This document shows, in pieces, positions 8,946 through 17,275 of a stretch of DNA of 32,000 nt. A model generated the notes under the pieces. The model was not told the origin of the DNA and did not search any database. It was given only the letters and a program-made list of their open reading frames with translations. How positions within the stretch are numbered: the stretch's first letter is position 1; every line of letters starts with the position of its first letter. A program made the translations under genes and the position numbers. Source of the DNA: an uncultured Nitrososphaerota archaeon (GTDB lineage: Archaea > Korarchaeota > Korarchaeia > Korarchaeales > Korarchaeaceae); assembly GCA_964480775.1 (NCBI GenBank), contig CAYZRF010000001.1:58201-90200 (forward strand). The letters are read 5' to 3'.

Positions 8946-9755
8946 ATGATATTTACAAGCTATCGGTGCTTTGCTATGCCTTGCGACATGACGAAGTTCA
9001 AACACTACCCATCTACAAACTACAGAGTCATAATATGCGACAAATCCAGAGCTCTCGAGACTATGCCACAGATGCTGGATGAGGCAGGGTTTAAACTTGC
9101 AAAATATGACTTAATCCTAGTAAAACCGAACCTCTGCGGTATGTACTATCCGGATACCCAACTAATTGAGAGAACTCTAAGGTTCTTCGAGCCACATGCT
9201 TCAAGAATAATCATCGGAGAGACAAAAAGCATGATACACACACCTGAAAAACAATTCAAGCGTTTTGGTATCTTTGACATGATTGGACAGTTCGGCGGCA
9301 AGGTTAGTGCTGTAAATCTAATGAAAAACGAGATTCTGGACGTAGAGATACCATTTCCTCATGCCGTAAACAGGCTACCAATACCAAAACTGGTCAACGA
9401 TTGTGACTTGTTAGTAAACATACCAAAAATAGGTAAACACTCCGACACGTTGCTTACATGCGCTTTGAAGAACCTATTCGGTTTGCTGGCAGAAGGCAAC
9501 AAATATGGTATTTATCATCCCCTCGGGGTAGACAAAGTGATTGCGGATCTGATAAAGATCATAAGATGCGATCTGAACATAGTTGATGCTGGAGAAAAAG
9601 TGATCGTTGGAACTGATCCTCTTACAGTAGACATATTCGCATGTCGCTTTGTCGGCTTGGACCCTTTGAAAGTAAAACATCTAAGACTTATCTCCGAAGA
9701 TAGAAATCTGAAGCTAGAAAACGTTCTAAACAATTTGCAGATAATTGAGATATAA
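8946..9755 (+). CDS. DUF362 domain-containing protein
   Basis: ILVKPNLCG near the N-terminus and HSDTLLTCALKNLFGLL match, from memory, the conserved KPN and H...T.A.KN.FG blocks of DUF362. The start is uncertain, with alternative ATGs at 8976 and 8988. Confidence 0.6.
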   Translation: MIFTSYRCFAMPCDMTKFKHYPSTNYRVIICDKSRALETMPQMLDEAGFKLAKYDLILVKPNLCGMYYPDTQLIERTLRFFEPHASRIIIGETKSMIHTPEKQFKRFGIFDMIGQFGGKVSAVNLMKNEILDVEIPFPHAVNRLPIPKLVNDCDLLVNIPKIGKHSDTLLTCALKNLFGLLAEGNKYGIYHPLGVDKVIADLIKIIRCDLNIVDAGEKVIVGTDPLTVDIFACRFVGLDPLKVKHLRLISEDRNLKLENVLNNLQIIEI

Positions 9756-9929
9756 TCTCTCCGCATAGTACCCTCCCAGATGTTGAGGGAATCCTATGAT
9801 ATATTGGGATAGGAGTTGTTAAGCCGAAAATTCACGATGAATTTCGGATAAAATATTGGCACACGGTTTGATAGCTATACACACATGGCGGTTGGTGTAT
9901 TCTAGGGTTTATTTGATCTCCTCGCTCTC

Positions 9930-9946
9930 AAAATAAAAAAAGAAAT
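9930..9946 (-). terminator. Oligo-T tract downstream of the 339-aa exported protein gene
   Basis: The minus strand reads TTTCTTTTTTTATTTT, 30-46 nt after the stop at 9976. Archaeal intrinsic terminators are oligo-T runs. Confidence 0.4.
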
Positions 9947-9975
9947 CTATCGTAAGCCATTGATTTTCTCTTAAG

Positions 9976-10995
9976 TTACCCATTACCTTCTTTCTTTCCC
10001 TTACCTTTGTTCTTATCATGTCCTAGCTTCCTTCCCTTACCTTTTCCTTCATTTTCAAGAGGATTCATGCCCTGAACGCTTTCACTTTCAATTTGTTTTA
10101 TCTTTCCCTTACCCTTGGCTTCTAATTGTTTTCCGCGCGCAACGGTCTTTTTCATCTCTCTTAGAATCTCCTTAATTTTCTTTACATCTCCTTTAGCCTT
10201 GGCTTCATTAAACTCATTTGTAAGGTTAGCGATTTTGGATTCAACTTCTTCTGGTATCGCTGTGAGGTTCATTTTTGACAAAGTTCTATTGAGCATTTTT
10301 TCAGCCTTAGCAATTTGACAGCACTTTACGACCTCCTTCTTCATTTCAGCCCTGATCTTATTGGCTTTTGCAAGCATTTTTGCGGCTTCGCTGGCGTTAT
10401 AGAAAGCAATAAGAGATCCATTCTCCAGCATCATAGATGCATTTTGATATAGCTGATTGAATAAGCTCAGATTCATGTATGTCCCGCTTACGTTCATTAT
10501 CTTTTGAATACTGAGATTTAGCTTGGTAAGCAACCTCTTGTGCCTTTCAAAAGCTACTTGCAGCCTTATCATGGATCCAATCGGTGTTGAGGTCTGGTTA
10601 GACGGCTCGTTCTTATGAACCTCTTTTAGGACACATCTAAGCATATTTATGGCTTTTTTCGTTAAGAAGGAAGCTTGAGAACAGTTCCCTTCTCCTAAAG
10701 ATGAATTAGCTTGTAGTGCAAGGGAGTAACTTAGGTTTAGAAGCTCTCCAATGCTTACTGTCCTGCTTAGGTTGATGTCTAAGCTAGACATGTTTGGAAT
10801 GGAAAGGTTCTCCTCCAAACTTAGGTTTGATGATTCCACTTTGCTTGAAACATAGTCATACGCCCTGAAGTAAATTGACAATAGGCTGCCTGCAGTTTCA
10901 CATGGATTTTTGACCTCTCCATCAGCTGCAATTTGTAAGACTGGAGCAAGGAGTAAGATCATGATAAAGATCAAAGGTAATTTTCTAGCTTCCAT
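9976..10995 (-). CDS. Exported alpha-helical protein, N-glycosylation-sequon-rich, with Lys/Gly-rich C-terminal tail (paralog of 17328-18284)
   Basis: The signal peptide is MEARKLPLIFIMILLLAPVLQIAA. I count 17 N-x-S/T sequons. The tail reads KGKGKIKQ...EGKGKGRKLGHDKNKGKGKKEGNG. It shares blocks with the 321-aa protein, for example TKKAINMLRCVLKEVHKNEPSNQT vs AKKAINTLREALLNVKEEYTPSNNAT. Confidence 0.75.
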   Translation of the reverse strand: MEARKLPLIFIMILLLAPVLQIAADGEVKNPCETAGSLLSIYFRAYDYVSSKVESSNLSLEENLSIPNMSSLDINLSRTVSIGELLNLSYSLALQANSSLGEGNCSQASFLTKKAINMLRCVLKEVHKNEPSNQTSTPIGSMIRLQVAFERHKRLLTKLNLSIQKIMNVSGTYMNLSLFNQLYQNASMMLENGSLIAFYNASEAAKMLAKANKIRAEMKKEVVKCCQIAKAEKMLNRTLSKMNLTAIPEEVESKIANLTNEFNEAKAKGDVKKIKEILREMKKTVARGKQLEAKGKGKIKQIESESVQGMNPLENEGKGKGRKLGHDKNKGKGKKEGNG

Positions 10996-11039
10996 TTTTG
11001 ATCTTCAACATATATTAGGATAATCTCAATTTAAGGGAC

Positions 11040-11097
11040 GAGATTGGGAGAAAATGGGATTGCAGTGAAAGAAAATGGAAGAGATTGGGAGAAAATG
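11040..11097. repeat. Two exact copies of GAGATTGGGAGAAAATG, 41 nt apart, with an extra GAAAATG between them
   Basis: The copies are at 11040-11056 and 11081-11097, with GAAAATG also at 11071-11077. The repeats lie immediately upstream of the TATA-like CTTAAATTG (minus strand, about 11028-11036) of the gene starting at 10995. Confidence 0.6.
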
Positions 11098-11116
11098 CAA
11101 GGAAATGAGACCATTT

Positions 11117-11131
11117 GAAACGAAACGAAAC
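11117..11131. repeat. (GAAAC)x3 tandem pentanucleotide repeat
   Basis: Read directly: GAAACGAAACGAAAC. It is intergenic, between the stop of the PPC-domain gene (11228) and the start of the 339-aa gene (10995). Confidence 0.8.
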
Positions 11132-11227
11132 CCTTTGCACTTAAATCTCTGAAGATGGTTATAAAAGTGGCTAGAGCTTATGTAGGGGACAATCAAGCAA
11201 GTTATGCTATTTTTTGTTGAAAAACGA

Positions 11228-12526
11228 CTACCTCTCTTTCTGCAGCTTTCTAACCTCTTCAAGATACTCTTCTATCCTCTTATCAATCAGTGCAAATTGT
11301 TCCTCAGTTATGCGTCCCTTAACCAAATCCCTTTGAGCCTCTTCCCTTATTGACAGGAGTGCAGCTTCGCACTCAGCCGCATTTGATTTGAATTCTCTAA
11401 AAGTAATCTCTATCTTCCTCATCAGAACTCTTAGCCTGGATCTTCTCATCTTAGAGACAACCCACGCAGAGATTGGTACGGCTATGGAAATAGCTATTCC
11501 CACGTATTCAGTTAATGAGATTCTTGTCCCAGTAGGTGCTGAAACAGTCGGAGGGGCTGTTGTTGGTTGCACGGTACTTGGAGAAGTGGTAGTTGTTGGA
11601 GTTGGTGTTGGAGACATAATTGGAGGAGGGGTCGGAGAAGGGGATGTTTGAGTCTTTCCTTCCCCTAACGTTATTTGAAGATCATAGTCGCAGACTACTT
11701 CTCCTACAGAGAAGCCAGTCGAGGAATGGACCTTTATGTAAACATCTTGTCTCTTAGGAGAGGTCCACTCAACGTTCAATATCTCGTCCATTTGCATTGA
11801 AACTTTTTCAGCTACCACATTTCTGTCCTCATCATAAATCGAGAGAACAAGGGTGTAAAGCAAGGGATTGCTTCTATAGTTTTTAGGTATGAGCTTGACC
11901 ATGAGTTTTTGGTTCGCATTTAACGTCATCTTGTAGTAGTCAGCATCATCATATCCATTTTTTGCTACAGCAATGAAACCATGATATGTTCCTTCACCTT
12001 CTGGAAGTTCTAAAAAATTCTCAAGTGTGTCCCCTGCATCTCTTCCACTATCTGCGTCGAAATGATCTGAGATCGAAATCGTAACGTCGAAGTTGGCTCC
12101 AGACATATAAGCGCCGTCGCATCTTATTGAGAAGTAGATTTCGTGTGAAGGCAGATCTGATCCCGCAAACCAGGCTAACTCATAAGTTTCTAAGGACGTA
12201 ACTGGACAAAACAGGCTCTCTAAGAGATTTCCATCCCAATCATAGAGGTTAATATGTAGACTAGAACCAGGAAACGATTTTTTCGGGCTTAATCTTATCT
12301 TTATGTAAAGTTCTTGGCCAGGTTTGATGTTTTTAACCTTGAAGAACTGGACTTCCCCTGGATCGATTTCCCCTCCGTTGTGTTCTCCAGGACTTAAGGG
12401 AGTGGCTTTTTCAAAGCTTTCTCCTCCTTTTAACTGAGCGGATAAATTGATTAGGGGGAAGGAGATTAACAATACAGAGATAGATAAGGAAAAAAGCACG
12501 GCTCTTAGGATAAGGGAAGAGCTCAT
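11228..12526 (-). CDS. Single-pass membrane protein: signal peptide, two PPC (pre-peptidase C-terminal)-like beta-sandwich domains, Thr/Pro linker, TM helix, cytoplasmic SHOCT-like coiled tail
   Basis: Two PPC-like blocks are present: GEVQFFKVKNIKPGQELYIKIRL...INLYDWDGN and DDADYYKMTLNANQKLMVKLIP...LSIYDEDRN. The linker is TQTSPSPTPPPIMSPTPTPTTTTSPSTVQPTTAPPTVSAPTGT and the TM helix is YVGIAISIAVPISAWVV. The tail contains GRITEEQFALIDKRIEEYL. The ATG at 12524-12526 is preceded by GAGGTGGGGG. The track start at 12541 is TTG. Confidence 0.8.
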   Translation of the reverse strand: MSSSLILRAVLFSLSISVLLISFPLINLSAQLKGGESFEKATPLSPGEHNGGEIDPGEVQFFKVKNIKPGQELYIKIRLSPKKSFPGSSLHINLYDWDGNLLESLFCPVTSLETYELAWFAGSDLPSHEIYFSIRCDGAYMSGANFDVTISISDHFDADSGRDAGDTLENFLELPEGEGTYHGFIAVAKNGYDDADYYKMTLNANQKLMVKLIPKNYRSNPLLYTLVLSIYDEDRNVVAEKVSMQMDEILNVEWTSPKRQDVYIKVHSSTGFSVGEVVCDYDLQITLGEGKTQTSPSPTPPPIMSPTPTPTTTTSPSTVQPTTAPPTVSAPTGTRISLTEYVGIAISIAVPISAWVVSKMRRSRLRVLMRKIEITFREFKSNAAECEAALLSIREEAQRDLVKGRITEEQFALIDKRIEEYLEEVRKLQKER

Positions 12527-12659
12527 GCCCCCACCTCTCAACCGGGGAGAAAAAAATGTTGTTTCACTTTTTGGGATCTCTCAAAAAATTTAATTTTTTA
12601 CTTCGCCCAAAAATATAAAATAAAAACTTAAGATAGCCTGAAAGAACGCTATAGAAGTT

Positions 12660-12706
12660 GAAAAAGTAACAATAGTTAAAGAAAAGCGAAGAACTGAGAT
12701 AAAAAT
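12660..12706 (-). terminator. Cluster of oligo-T runs downstream of the ABC ATPase gene
   Basis: After the stop at 12732 the minus strand reads CATTTTTATC...GCTTTTCTTTAAC...TACTTTTTCAAC. Confidence 0.3.
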
Positions 12707-12731
12707 GTGATTATAGATATTTCTTGAAAGT

Positions 12732-13445
12732 TCAATGATGATTCGATGGGAGCACCTTCTTTTCTATCCTTTCAATTCTGCCGTCACGCATATAGACGAC
12801 TCGATCGCTTGCTCCAATCATCTTAAGGTCGTGGGTGGCTGCAATTATGGTCACACCACGCTTCTCATTTAGTTCTTTTAGAATGTTAATGATCTCCCTT
12901 CCAGTTTGGAAGTCCAAGTTTCCAGTCGGTTCATCTGCCAGTATAATTGCTGGATCATTAACCATGGCTCTTGCTATAGCTACACGCTGTTGTTGTCCTG
13001 CTGAAAGCTCAGAAGGTCTGTGATTTAGTCTATCCCCAAGACCAACAGATCTAAGGATCATCTCAGCCTTCTTTCTGCCCTCATCCCTGGGAACTCCTGC
13101 AAAGATTGTAGGTAGTGCAACATTCTCCAAAGCTGTGAGGGTTGGTATTAGGTTGAAGGTCTGGAAGATGTACCCTATCTTCCTGCAGCGAAGCCAAGCC
13201 AGCTCATATGCGTCAAGCTGAGAGATATCAACCTCGTCTATTATGACCTTTCCTCGTGTTGGTCTATCAAGACCGCCAATCATGTTGAAGAGAGTGGTCT
13301 TCCCTGCGCCAGAGGGACCTACTATTGAGAGATATTCTCCTCTGTAAACCTTTAGGTTTACGCCATCAAGGGCTTTTATTACCTCTCCTCCTAGCTCGTA
13401 GTAGCGAGCCAAATCCTTAGTTTCGATTATGATATCAGATCTCAT
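12732..13445 (-). CDS. ABC transporter ATP-binding protein, MacB/LolD/FtsE-like (type VII ABC)
   Basis: Walker A is GPSGAGKTT, the Q-loop region is YIFQTFNL, the signature is LSAGQQQRVAIARA, and Walker B is IILADEPTGNLD with an H-loop THD. The start overlaps the upstream permease stop by 11 nt. Confidence 0.95.
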   Translation of the reverse strand: MRSDIIIETKDLARYYELGGEVIKALDGVNLKVYRGEYLSIVGPSGAGKTTLFNMIGGLDRPTRGKVIIDEVDISQLDAYELAWLRCRKIGYIFQTFNLIPTLTALENVALPTIFAGVPRDEGRKKAEMILRSVGLGDRLNHRPSELSAGQQQRVAIARAMVNDPAIILADEPTGNLDFQTGREIINILKELNEKRGVTIIAATHDLKMIGASDRVVYMRDGRIERIEKKVLPSNHH

Positions 13446-14043
13446 ATCTCAAAGCCTCCACAGGATCCAATTTCGCTGCCTTGTAGGCTGGATACATTGT
13501 AGCAACAATGCTTAGGAAGATTGAGAGGAGAACAACCTTCCCTAGAAGGATGAGAGGAACTGCTGGAGAAAGCTCAAATACAACGTGAAAGCCTATTGAG
13601 AAGCCACAGGCTAAAATGGAGGCCACAAGTCCTATCCCAAAGCCAAAAATGCCTCCCAAGAGGGCCATGATTATGGACTCGACGAGGAAGAGTTTGAGTA
13701 CGTGCTGATCTAGGGCTCCTAGGCACTTCATCGTGCCAATCTCCCTGTATCGCTCGTATACGGCTATGAGCATCGAGTTGGTTATGCTTACGATGCAGAC
13801 AGCAAGCGATACAAGGACTAGTCCGTATTGATAGCTTTCAACGATTAAGCTACCTCCTTCCACTTGAGCGTAAAGCTGAAAGAAGTTATCCATGAATGAA
13901 AGGGTAGAGAAAAAAGCTATTCCTAGCGTAACAGCAGCTATGCTTAGAACTGCCCTATCGAAACGCCTCTTCACGTTCTCGTATCCGAGCCTTAATGCAT
14001 CCGTAAGGCTGAACGTTATTTTCCCTTTCTCCTCTAAGTTCAA
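13435..14043 (-). CDS. Minimal FtsX-family ABC permease (4 TM, almost no extracytoplasmic domain)
   Basis: The N-terminal motif ALRLGYENVKRRFDRAVLSIAAVTLGIAF matches the MacB/FtsX TM1 entry. The C-terminal FtsX domain includes YERYREIGTMKCLGA...YPAYKAAKLDPVEALRYE. The TTG start at 14041-14043 is preceded by the strong SD AAGGAGGTG. Confidence 0.85.
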   Translation of the reverse strand: MNLEEKGKITFSLTDALRLGYENVKRRFDRAVLSIAAVTLGIAFFSTLSFMDNFFQLYAQVEGGSLIVESYQYGLVLVSLAVCIVSITNSMLIAVYERYREIGTMKCLGALDQHVLKLFLVESIIMALLGGIFGFGIGLVASILACGFSIGFHVVFELSPAVPLILLGKVVLLSIFLSIVATMYPAYKAAKLDPVEALRYEI

Positions 14044-14085
14044 CTAAACACCTCCTTTCTCTCAAATTCTAATGTATAGGCCAAT

Positions 14086-17085
14086 TTATCTGCTACCTCC
14101 TATTTTTCCTCTTTTAACATTCCACTCCAAAAGGATCCTACGAATGAAGGAGCCAGTCTTTTGAGCCGCCTCAGGAAGCCCATCGCTTATGAGTATGACC
14201 TCATAAACATCTTTCCCTACACCTTTTCTCAGAATGAGCTTGTTTCTCGTGTGAATAGGGCTCATCTGGCCCCCAGATGCATAGAAAAACTCTATAGTTC
14301 TGATGAATGCGTCTTCCTTCTCCTCCCTACTCTCTCCTATTACATAGGTATGATCTTCGTAGTCATCCATTCTAGATCTGAGTGCCCCCAAGACGAATTG
14401 CGTGAATTCCTCCACCTCCTCTTCTGCGATCCAGATTGGTAGGGTTAACTTAAAGGGTTCAGCGATATTGTATGCGCGCACATCTATCTTCCATCTTCTC
14501 TTGAGAGAGGGAGTAATAATTACAGATCCTTTCAAGGCCGTTACGCCTCCAACAAGAACTGCCGCTAGCGAAACAGTCATGGCAGCAAGCGTCCATAGAG
14601 CTGAGATCTTTTGCCTGACTTGTAGGGCTGCTGCCATAAGTGAAAGGGCCCTGTACCATCCGAAGCCGAGAAGGTAACCGATTCCACCTCCTACGACTCC
14701 AATAACTGCTGCCTCAGCTAGGAATATGCTTGCTATCTGGCTGGGGTTAATCCCTATAGAGGAGTAGATCAGGATATCTCTTTTCCTCTCGTATAGGGAG
14801 TTTAGCATCGTTATGACTACGTTAAGTACGACTATAAACCACGGAATTGCCACAGGAAGGCCCTTTCCTTCAAAGTAAGATGCTAAGCGAGCTAGACAAA
14901 CTTCTTTCTCGGTAGAAGCCCATACCCTGAAGCCTTTGTTGAGAGCTATTATCCTAGCACGCTCCTTCAAGTCCTCACCTTCCTCTAACAAGATATCTAT
15001 GCGGGAAAGCTGTAGCCCAGGGATCTTTGAGGCGGTCTTCCAAGTAGTCACGAGAATCTCGCTCGCAGAGCAAGGCGTCAAACCTTCAGTTATAATGTCG
15101 AAGCCCTCCTCTACAGGAGTCCTTCGAACTTCCACAATCTTCATTGGGAGAGGAGACCCTCCATCTAGGTCTCTAAGGTTCTCAAACTTTAGATCATCAA
15201 ATATCCCGACAATCTCTAGAGTAAGCCTTTTCCCTGAAATCTGGAGGGTTAAACTTTCTCCAACTGTTAAATTCAATTTCTTTTTAAGCTTCTCGCTGAT
15301 GAGGATGCTGTTCTCGTCCTCATCTCTCAGATATCTCCCCTCTACTATCGTTTTATTTAGGGACAGAATCTCCGCCTCTGCGCTAGGGACTATGCCAATT
15401 ATACCGAATACTGGATGCCCTTCCACGTATCCTAGTGGGTTGTAGGAACCTCTGTACTTGTACTGGCGGTGAGGTGTGTTTTCATATTTAGGTGCTACGA
15501 GGCGTACGTATGGACGAGCTTTGAACCACTCAATGGAGGAGTTTTCGAGAGGTGCGAACCAGAACACCCCCTTTCCTCCACTTACTGGTGCACGAGCCTC
15601 CATTACTGGAGGCTTCAGTGTCCTCACCATGATTCCTAATGAAGGCCCGGGGTGCTCGGAAACCTTGCTGAGGGTGAGACCATAGCCAGTTGTGAAGGAT
15701 GTCAGGGCGATGAAACTTGAGACAAGGATTACGACAGAAATAAGAGTTAGAGCCGATCTTAGCTTCCTTCGCCTTAAATTCCTCTTAGCTATAGAGAAGA
15801 TGGGAACTATTATGTTCCTCAGGGGTACTCGCCCTCTAAACTCCTTACCCTTTAATAACCTTGGAAAGAGCACAAAGAAGCATAAGATCGCAGTGAATGA
15901 GATCAGTGAGGTTCCTATGAAAAGAGCAAAAGCCATCATCCTGCTTCCTGGATATAGATAGTATGCTGCCAGCAAGAATAGGGCATAAAAGGCGGTCGCT
16001 GCACAGATCTTGCGATTTTCTTCTTCAAAATATAGGAATGAGACCGAAGTTGCCGTGAAAGCGAGAAATGGGATCAAAAGAAACGCTGACTTCAAGGCTT
16101 CGACATACATTTTGTTGAGCCAGCTTTGGAGATTAGAGATTTCCGTGTAGGCTTCCCGGAGTTTAGCGAAAGAGGATTCATAGGCATTTTGATCAAAAAG
16201 ATTCTCAGCCTCCAAGATCAGAGAGTTTATACGTGTCAATTTCTGTATTTCAACCGCTACATAAAAGCCCTCCCTTTCTCTTTCCTTTATCGTTAAATCA
16301 ACCTCAGATACCCTTTCTTTAACTGTTGACAGGGTATTGCGAATCGAGAACTCAGTCAGATCAATGTGAATGGACTCACCTTTCTTAAGAAGGAAGTGGC
16401 CTTGTCTATCGATGATGAATCTAAGTGCAACGGCTTCTTTTCTTTGAAATAGCACAATACGAGGCTGCTCCGTAACTTCGATTCCCGATTCAACCTTAAT
16501 CAAGAAAGGGATGCCTGCTGGAACTATGACTAGATTTGAGCTCAGCCCCAAGTATTTATTAGGAAACTCTAAGATTTCACCAAATTTGAGTGCATATTCA
16601 CCAAACTCCATAACTTTCCCTGAGCTTGGATCTAATACTGAAAATACAGGTTTTAATGACTCAGTTGACTCAACGAATAGAACTTCTCCATCTAAAATAA
16701 TGGATGCCCCATCCCAAAGCTCAAGGGTAATGTTTAGTTTCCCTCCAGACTTTGTTTCTATTCTCTTCATCGCTGGTATGTAGTCAAATCCTGGGGTATG
16801 GGGGTCATCGTAATATACACAGATGGTGTAGTTGGAGCCCACAGGGAGTTTTATGATGAAGCTACCATTTGAATCGGCTTCTCCCTGAAAAACCTTGCGG
16901 GAGTAGGATCCAAAAGGTCCAGCCAAAACTAAGATATTGGCGTTTGGGACGGGATTTCCAGTCCTACTCTCCCTGACGACGCCTGTTACAGTTATGTCCT
17001 CATCGCCAAAGACAGGGAATATTGGCAAGATCAATGACGCGGCTAAGAACGCTGAAAGGAGAAGCAATGATCCCCTTTTGGGCAT
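14086..17085 (-). CDS. Giant FtsX/MacB-type permease fusion: signal peptide, CarboxypepD_reg-like Ig domain plus ~300-aa exodomain, 3 extra TM helices, MacB-type core with ~280-aa extracytoplasmic domain, ~140-aa cytoplasmic C-terminal domain
   Basis: ITVTGVVRESRTGNPVPNANILVL...SNGSFIIKLPVGSNYTICV is carboxypeptidase-regulatory-like. IAKRNLRRRKLRSALTLISVVILVSSFIALTS is the FtsX TM1 entry. LYERKRDILIYSSIGINPSQIASIFLAEAAVIGVVGGGIGYLLG is the FtsX domain. The ATG at 17083-17085 (MPKRGSLLLL) is preferred over the TTG at 17103. Confidence 0.85.
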   Translation of the reverse strand: MPKRGSLLLLSAFLAASLILPIFPVFGDEDITVTGVVRESRTGNPVPNANILVLAGPFGSYSRKVFQGEADSNGSFIIKLPVGSNYTICVYYDDPHTPGFDYIPAMKRIETKSGGKLNITLELWDGASIILDGEVLFVESTESLKPVFSVLDPSSGKVMEFGEYALKFGEILEFPNKYLGLSSNLVIVPAGIPFLIKVESGIEVTEQPRIVLFQRKEAVALRFIIDRQGHFLLKKGESIHIDLTEFSIRNTLSTVKERVSEVDLTIKEREREGFYVAVEIQKLTRINSLILEAENLFDQNAYESSFAKLREAYTEISNLQSWLNKMYVEALKSAFLLIPFLAFTATSVSFLYFEEENRKICAATAFYALFLLAAYYLYPGSRMMAFALFIGTSLISFTAILCFFVLFPRLLKGKEFRGRVPLRNIIVPIFSIAKRNLRRRKLRSALTLISVVILVSSFIALTSFTTGYGLTLSKVSEHPGPSLGIMVRTLKPPVMEARAPVSGGKGVFWFAPLENSSIEWFKARPYVRLVAPKYENTPHRQYKYRGSYNPLGYVEGHPVFGIIGIVPSAEAEILSLNKTIVEGRYLRDEDENSILISEKLKKKLNLTVGESLTLQISGKRLTLEIVGIFDDLKFENLRDLDGGSPLPMKIVEVRRTPVEEGFDIITEGLTPCSASEILVTTWKTASKIPGLQLSRIDILLEEGEDLKERARIIALNKGFRVWASTEKEVCLARLASYFEGKGLPVAIPWFIVVLNVVITMLNSLYERKRDILIYSSIGINPSQIASIFLAEAAVIGVVGGGIGYLLGFGWYRALSLMAAALQVRQKISALWTLAAMTVSLAAVLVGGVTALKGSVIITPSLKRRWKIDVRAYNIAEPFKLTLPIWIAEEEVEEFTQFVLGALRSRMDDYEDHTYVIGESREEKEDAFIRTIEFFYASGGQMSPIHTRNKLILRKGVGKDVYEVILISDGLPEAAQKTGSFIRRILLEWNVKRGKIGGSR

Positions 17086-17114
17086 CTGATGTCCCTCGTC
17101 CAATGCGCGAAGAG

Positions 17115-17130
17115 CTAAATATAAAATAAA
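17115..17130 (-). promoter_or_regulatory. TATA-box-like element for the ABC operon
   Basis: The minus strand reads TTTATTTTATATTT, centred about 35-40 nt upstream of the ATG at 17085 and about 20 nt upstream of the TTG at 17103. Confidence 0.35.
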
Positions 17131-17275
17131 GGGCTAATTAAGAAAAAACTCATGAGAGAATAATCTAGCTCTTTTTATCTATAGAACAAGCACAATTTCA
17201 TGAATTTTGAATTAAATTGGGTCTATCGGAAACATCAGAACCTTGACTCATTCCATCAGGATGTTCCATCTCATT

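Noticed and set aside
9756-9975. A possible ncRNA/tRNA in the 220-nt gap after the DUF362 gene, containing small hairpins CCCTC-N9-GAGGG and CCGAAA(A)TTCA-CGA-TGAATTTCGG.
   Set aside because: There is no GC-rich island, no cloverleaf-compatible arms and no conserved box motifs. The stems are short and AT-rich. Only the oligo-T tract for the convergent gene is reported.
11026-11262. A 78-aa minus-strand ORF spanning the 10996-11227 intergenic region.
   Set aside because: Its sequence is dominated by translation of the GAGATTGGGAGAAAATG and GAAAC repeats. It overlaps the 3' end of the PPC gene. It has no plausible promoter or SD, so the region is better explained as regulatory DNA.
12735-12741. 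An ATGATGA (C-box-like) sequence that might hint at a C/D-box sRNA.
   Set aside because: It lies inside the 3' end of the ABC ATPase coding sequence on the opposite strand. There is no matching D box (CTGA) or terminal stem at an appropriate distance.
14161-16783. Several plus-strand ORFs of 69-169 aa (for example 14936-15445) inside the giant permease gene.
   Set aside because: They are antisense shadows of a 1000-aa frame with clear FtsX/MacB motifs and consistent membrane topology.
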